Assembly (NCBI RefSeq): GCF_001194135.2
Contig: NC_068996.1
Coordinates: forward strand, 23,113,646 to 23,152,246
Length of the DNA stretch: 38,601 nucleotides
DNA from: Octopus bimaculoides
Lineage: Eukaryota
Direction of reading: 5' to 3'
Shown here: in pieces, positions 33,080-38,601 of the stretch
Layout of the letters: each line of letters opens with the position of its first letter
Numbering within the stretch: the stretch's first letter is position 1
Notes under the pieces: model-generated
What the model was told of the DNA's origin: nothing
Database searches by the model: none
Seen by the model: only the letters and a program-made list of their open reading frames with translations
Translations under genes and position numbers: made by a program

Positions 33080-33260
33080 CAATGCAGGACGAGCATCTCA
33101 AGTCATTTAGAATATTTGATTAGAGTAAAGTGAATCAGTCGGAGAAGTAGAATTAATTAATGTCTTACAGCTGTTTCTGGGATATCCCAGATAATGGGTC
33201 AACACTCCCATACACTAGGTATTTCGTCATCAGAGGAAGGTGTGTATGCAGGAAAGTTCC
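33080..33260 (-). mobile_element. Putative Penelope-like fragment with hammerhead-like motif (33163-33237)
   Basis: Minus strand CCT-CTGATGA-(49 nt incl. TGGGA-TA-TCCCA)-GAAA-CAGCTG-TA-AG. Confidence 0.5.
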
Positions 33261-33662
33261 AAGCTGAGAATTCACAGTATATATATTTTTGTGTGTGTGT
33301 GTGTGTGCGCGTGCATGAATACATACGTGCGAATCAGCGTTGTGTCAAAATGGTTCTATAAATGGATAAATGGAGTTCGATGAAATAAAGACCCAAGCTG
33401 AAGTAAGTTTTGGGTGGTGTGGGGGTTTTGTTTTCATCAAATACTGTATTATTTGCCTTGAGGGATCCCTCGTACTGGCACATGGTGCATAAAAGCACAA
33501 ACCTAAATCATAGCAGGCAAGAATCCACGATCTCAGTCTAATGGACCTCATCAGCGGGAGGCATCTCTATATCACTGCTTAAAATCATTGGAGACTATGT
33601 CCCAGCATGGCCGTACTTCAATGACTGAAAGCCGTATACAAAATAGAATAAATAAAAATAAA

Positions 33663-33765
33663 GCAGGCAGCAAGTTGGCAGAGTCGTTAGAGCATCAGAT
33701 AGAATATCTTCCAAAATTTTTTTTGTGACTCTGGGTTCAAACCTTGCAGAGATAAACTTTGCCTT
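33663..33765 (+). mobile_element. SINE-B 5' fragment
   Basis: AGGCAGCAAGTTGGCAGAGTCGTTAG...GGGTTCAAACC...ACTTTGCCTTTC. Confidence 0.65.
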
Positions 33766-34073
33766 TCTAATTATGTTACACCGCTATATTTGGTGTCTAT
33801 TTAATCAATGTGTTAATGGACGGGTTGGATGTGTTGAAGAAGGAGCAATAACTCCTGAAATATGCATATACACCCGTTACCTATTTTTCTATCTTCGATC
33901 GCATTGTTTACACAAACTTATTCGTATACGAAACGTCGCAACAAATCAATGCTGGCTGTAGTTTCTACAGAATATCTGTAAAGATAACTTTAAAAAGTGA
34001 ATTTATAGCACTGCTAACTACAAGTGGGGCACATTATCAATATTGTCTTATAAGCCTTTAATATATACTTGGT

Positions 34074-34284
34074 GGAAGGCGGCGAGCTGGCAGTATCGTT
34101 AGCACGCCGGGCAAAATGGTTAGCGGGATTTCGACCGTCTTTACGCTGTGTTCAAATTCGCCGCGGTCGACTTTACCTTTCCTCTGTTCGAGGTCGATTA
34201 AATAAGTACCAGTTGAGCACTGAGGTCAATCTAATCGATTAGCTCCTCCCCCAAACTTGCTGACCTTGTTCCAAAATTTGAAAC
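34074..34284 (+). mobile_element. Full-length young SINE-B
   Basis: GGCGGCGAGCTGGCAGTATCGTTAGC...GTTCAAATTCGCCGCGGTCGAC. Imperfect 15-bp TSD TAATATATA(C/T)TTG(G/T)T at 34059 and 34285. Confidence 0.88.
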
Positions 34285-34892
34285 TAATATATATTTGTTA
34301 ATATATTAGGGTTGCATAACGAAATACGGTGTCCCTACCAGTAATAAATATGATGAAAAAGATTACAAATTGCGTATTGAAATCGATAAATCGATTAACC
34401 ACCGCTACCCCAAATTTCTTTCATGGGTGCAGCATCATTAATACACATGACTAGTCACCTAGTTTACAAAACTAAGTAAGACAATAAAGGGTTTTTTAAA
34501 AACTAGTGTAGTTTTGCATGCCGATGACGAAAATCATATTGTTTTTTTTTTTTCTAGAAATTAATAATAATAAAATTACAAGCTTTCAAAATTATGTAAT
34601 TTTAGCCAACTGGAAGCCTTCGTTGACGTACTTGTCTGTTTCTATGGGAAGAGAACGCACAATGAAAATCTACTAGAAATAGCAGCAAAGTCTTCCCTGT
34701 TAAAGATATGCACTTGCTGAATGTTATTAATATTTAAATTAAAGTCAATCTCTACGGATATAAACTTTTATCGAACTCACGATTCTTTAAGTGGTTGGGA
34801 AAAATTTAAAAAGTAACAATTGGCTTCTGTGTTCTCTGGATTTTTTGGCGGACTTTCTACTCGCTACTTCATGGCGAAAGAAAAGGATCAGG

Positions 34893-35860
34893 GGTGGACA
34901 TTGGAATTAGACACTGAGGGGAAAATGGCTGTAACTTTTTTATTTTTTAATTTTGACGATTTTCGTTTTCGATAATGTGTTCTATATGTCACGGTCATGC
35001 GATTCCCCCTAAAAAAAAATTTTGGACCACCCCTCCCCTCNNNNNNNNNNNNNNNNNNNNNNNNNNNNNNNNNNNNNNNNNNNNNNNNNNNNNNNNNNNN
35101 NNNNNNNNNNNNNNNNNNNNNNNNNNNNNNNNNNNNNNNNNNNNNNNNNNNNNNNNNNNNNNNNNNNNNNNNNNNNNNNNNNNNNNNNNNNNNNNNNNNN
35201 NNNNNNNNNNNNNNNNNNNNNNNNNNNNNNNNNNNNNNNNNNNNNNNNNNNNNNNNNNNNNNNNNNNNNNNNNNNNNNNNNNNNNNNNNNNNNNNNNNNN
35301 NNNNNNNNNNNNNNNNNNNNNNNNNNNNNNNNNNNNNNNNNNNNNNNNNNNNNNNNNNNNNNNNNNNNNNNNNNNNNNNNNNNNNNNNNNNNNNNNNNNN
35401 NNNNNNNNNNNNNNNNNNNNNNNNNNNNNNNNNNNNNNNNNNNNNNNNNNNNNNNNNNNNNNNNNNNNNNNNNNNNNNNNNNNNNNNNNNNNNNNNNNNN
35501 NNNNNNNNNNNNNNNNNNNNNNNNNNNNNNNNNNNNNNNNNNNNNNNNNNNNNNNNNNNNNNNNNNNNNNNNNNNNNNNNNNNNNNNNNNNNNNNNNNNN
35601 NNNNNNNNNNNNNNNNNNNNNNNNNNNNNNNNNNNNNNNNNNNNNNNNGTCCATCTGGACCAATGCAAGATTTGGATTGTCCGCGTTTAGCTGTTATTTC
35701 TAGCATATCAAGTGGGGGAAAGGGAGGGTCCAAATTTTTTTTTAGGGGGAATCGCATGACCGTGACATATAGAACACATTATCGAAAACGAAAATCGCCA
35801 AAATTAAAAAATAAAAAAGTTACAGCCATTTTCCCTCAGTGTCTAATTTCAATGTCCACC
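34893..35860. mobile_element. Non-autonomous DNA transposon with ~135-bp TIRs and 8-bp TSD (Merlin-like)
   Basis: TIRs at 34893-35028 and 35727-35860 start GGTGGACATT and differ by 2 substitutions plus homopolymer length. TSD GGATCAGG at 34885-34892 and 35861-35868. Centre is a gap. Confidence 0.85.
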
Positions 35861-36777
35861 GGATCAGGAATAACAAAGGATTGTTTCTTTCAGTGAAAAA
35901 ATTTTTTTTTTTTTCCATTTTGTTCCCCAATTCCTGGTAAATCTTTAGTTTCGTCGATCTGACGTGTCTGTAAATATGAAATATTACCAAAATATAGTAG
36001 CCGTTCCGTTTCTTTCTTTCTCTCTTTCCGGATGTGCCGGTTGTTGATTGATAATAAAATAGCTCTAGGAAACTCGCCAACGATACAGTTTCCTATTTCT
36101 TATCACATATCAATATAAAATGAAAATTGTACACAGAAACGCATAGTACTGCCCTACCAAAGAGAAAAATGTATTATTTGTTCAACTCTTGTTTTATCAA
36201 AAGCATTCACACATTCTCTCATAATCACATAAATATTCAAGCATACATATATACTATGCACATTTTCCTATACAAACTCTAACAATTTTCCTTTCACATA
36301 CACACATTTCACTCACAAATACGCATATGTTCAAACATACAGACATGTTTTCATATACAAACATTTTTGCTTTCACACACATTGTCATTGGGCAGCTTTC
36401 CTTTGACACATGCAATTTTCTGACAACCAACCTCGGCACACTCTTTTCAATTAATTACATTTTATACGCACATATTACAACAGAAAAATAGCAGAGTCGT
36501 TAACAGAGCATTGGAGAGAATGCTTCGCGGTGAGTCGGAACTAATCTTGTGGTCAACCATTCGTGGTCGGGGGAAAAAAATACCAATTGAAGGGATGGAC
36601 CGGATGCCTTGCAGTATTTTTTCCACCCTTCACGTTCTGAGTTCCATTCTGATTTGTAAGTGTTATGAATATTCCAATCAGGGTTACGGTTTGAGATTAC
36701 CTTCCACCAGTCTCCGAGGCCCTGTAACAAGTCATGGGCACTGATTTCCCTTCTGACTTTGAAGATGAAGTTAATAA

Positions 36778-37175
36778 TAATAATCCTTTCTACTAAAGGC
36801 ACAAGAACTAAAATATTGGGGTAGAGAGGGCTAGTCGATTACATTGACATTGCTCAACTGGTACGTGTTTTATCAACCCCGAAAGGATGAAAGTCGACCT
36901 TGGCGGAATTTGAACTTGGAACGTTAAGACGGAAGAAATACCGTCAAGCATTTTCGGTAACGATTCTGCCAGCTTGCCGATAATAATGATGATTTCAAAT
37001 TTTGGTATATCCAGCAATTTCAGGAGACGGGCTAAGTCGATTACATGGACTCCAACTAGTACATACTTTTTCGGCCCCAAAAGGATGAAAGGCGAAGTCG
37101 ACTTCGGCGGAATTTTAACTCAGAATGTAAAGAATCAGGAAAAAATGTTGGATCTAGTTGGTTTAGCTGCCAGCA
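36778..37175 (-). mobile_element. Two SINE-B copies head-to-tail
   Basis: CCCCGAAAGGATGAAAGTCGACCTTGGCGGAATTTGAAC (about 36880) and AAGGATGAAAGGCGAAGTCGACTTCGGCGGAATTT (about 37085), each with a (TAA)n-type tail. Confidence 0.85.
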
Positions 37176-38601
37176 TTTCAAAAATAAAAGTTAATCGAAA
37201 ATTTTAAAATTTGGCACAATAATATACTTTTCCAAGCTGAATTGCTGGAGTTATTTATTCCACTTTTTCCAGAAAATTGGTTTTAAAAAGTTATGGAGGT
37301 TTAAAGTTAGATCATTTTCATCCAGTCAGGAAACAGGATTTGGAAGCTGTCGTTTTGTGCGTGACTGCACATTTTGTCGTCAATATCCTGAAAATAGCAC
37401 GTTTCGTCAAAATTTGTAAACAACACGTGTTTTGTTGATTGAAGCATTCAATATGCATTTAATGCGATAGCACGAACTTAAAAGATTTATCCAAAAAACG
37501 TTATTTACCTGTTATTTTTAGCACACCTCACAACCAAATAAATGACAAAAAGAAACGAGTAAAGAAGTAGTTTTAAGCATTCAATAAGCATTTAATACAA
37601 ATGCGATGAACAACACGTTACATGCGATAAACACATTACAAATTTCACCCCACAAATGGTTTCAATACAGCTTTAACAGAAAGATTTGGAGGATTAGATG
37701 AAAGTTCTCCGGTAATTTTCATTCATGTAAATATGTTTATGTTAATTTTAAAATTCGCCAGCAAAATTTTATAATATGACAATGTTCTAAAAGATGTACA
37801 CGTTTATATGTTATATATGAAAATAAAGTGTAAACAAAATATGCTTAAAAACAAACATTTAAGCATGCAATAAGCAACACATTACGAATATTTTTAGAAT
37901 TAAAAACGTAAGTTAAAAATATATTCAATCAATTTCTCAAACAAATCACAATTTTCGTATCTCCTGCGTTACATTAATTCACATGTTCAATTCTCATCAG
38001 ATAGGTAAAACAAGTGGTCTCAGTGTATTTGTCAACACGTACTTTCTCGCAGACAAAAAAGTTCTCATGTTCTGCTTGTTACTATGGAAACAGGCATGAA
38101 TGTGTCTGTGGCTTACGTTTGACTAAAATTACCAAAATTTTCAAACTTCAACTGCTGAAATATTGGTAAGCATTTTGTTCGACACGCTTACCGATTCAGT
38201 CTGCTCAAGTCAGTTACATTTGTTTAATCGAAATGTTTTTGGACCACCAAGTGACAGGACATGACATAAAACCAATTACGCTATTTTTTATTTTTTTTAT
38301 TAATGTTTACATCTTGACCCGAAATAAACTCCCCCCCCCAAAAAAAAATACTGGAATGGGTGTAAAACAATGTGTAGGAAACGAATATGAAAAAAAAATG
38401 CGCGCAAAGTATCGGAAGGGTGGGGAAAGGATTTCGGAAAATTCACAAGATCCGAGTTTTTCCCTTGTAACTTTTATAGGAAAATTGGGGTTTTTTTCAA
38501 TGAAATTTTATAGAAATACCTTTCAAACGGCATACATTACGATTATAAAGTAATTTGTGGGGAAAATCTTGAGGTGGGGAGAGGACTTTCGGAAAATTCA
38601 C

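Noticed and set aside
34305-34880. TATTAGGGTTGCATAACG as a mariner-like TIR; also possible transposon interior at 37215-38230
   Set aside because: No partner TIR, TSD or coding remnant found by eye.

Overview
AT-rich, repeat-dense eukaryotic DNA from a short-read scaffold. Ten N-gaps total about 4.1 kb (~11%), several starting or ending in microsatellites. The SINE families look like octopus/cephalopod repeats; this is from recall and needs a BLAST check. I found no intact host CDS, rRNA, tRNA or CRISPR, and nearly all track ORFs are gap, microsatellite or SINE artefacts. Working SINE labels: A = tRNA-like head + CORE-like ACCTTGGGCAAGT + microsatellite + ...GACTGAAACAAGTAAAAG tail; B = GGCGGCGAGCTGGCAG head + CCTTTCATCCTTTCGGGGTCGAT body; C = A-type head or unknown 5' part with a GGAAGGGCATCC...(GAT)n tail; D = GTGGAGGCGCAATG head + (AAC)n tail. 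Other mobile elements: a full-length decayed DD34D mariner, an internally deleted DD37D element, a Merlin-like MITE with 8-bp TSD, piggyBac- and hAT-like MITE remnants, a Helitron 3' end, an L1/Tx1-like 3' fragment and Penelope-like terminal repeats. Leads for follow-up: (1) five hammerhead-ribozyme-like motifs, three clustered at 28.7-29.7 kb, with variant cores or long stem II; (2) a ~10 kb CpG-depleted domain suggesting a methylated gene body, with microexon candidates; (3) an inverted-repeat family carrying TTAGGG tracts; (4) a dispersed ~60-nt three-stem motif; (5) a SINE-D subfamily with a 14-nt head deletion. None is a proven new system.
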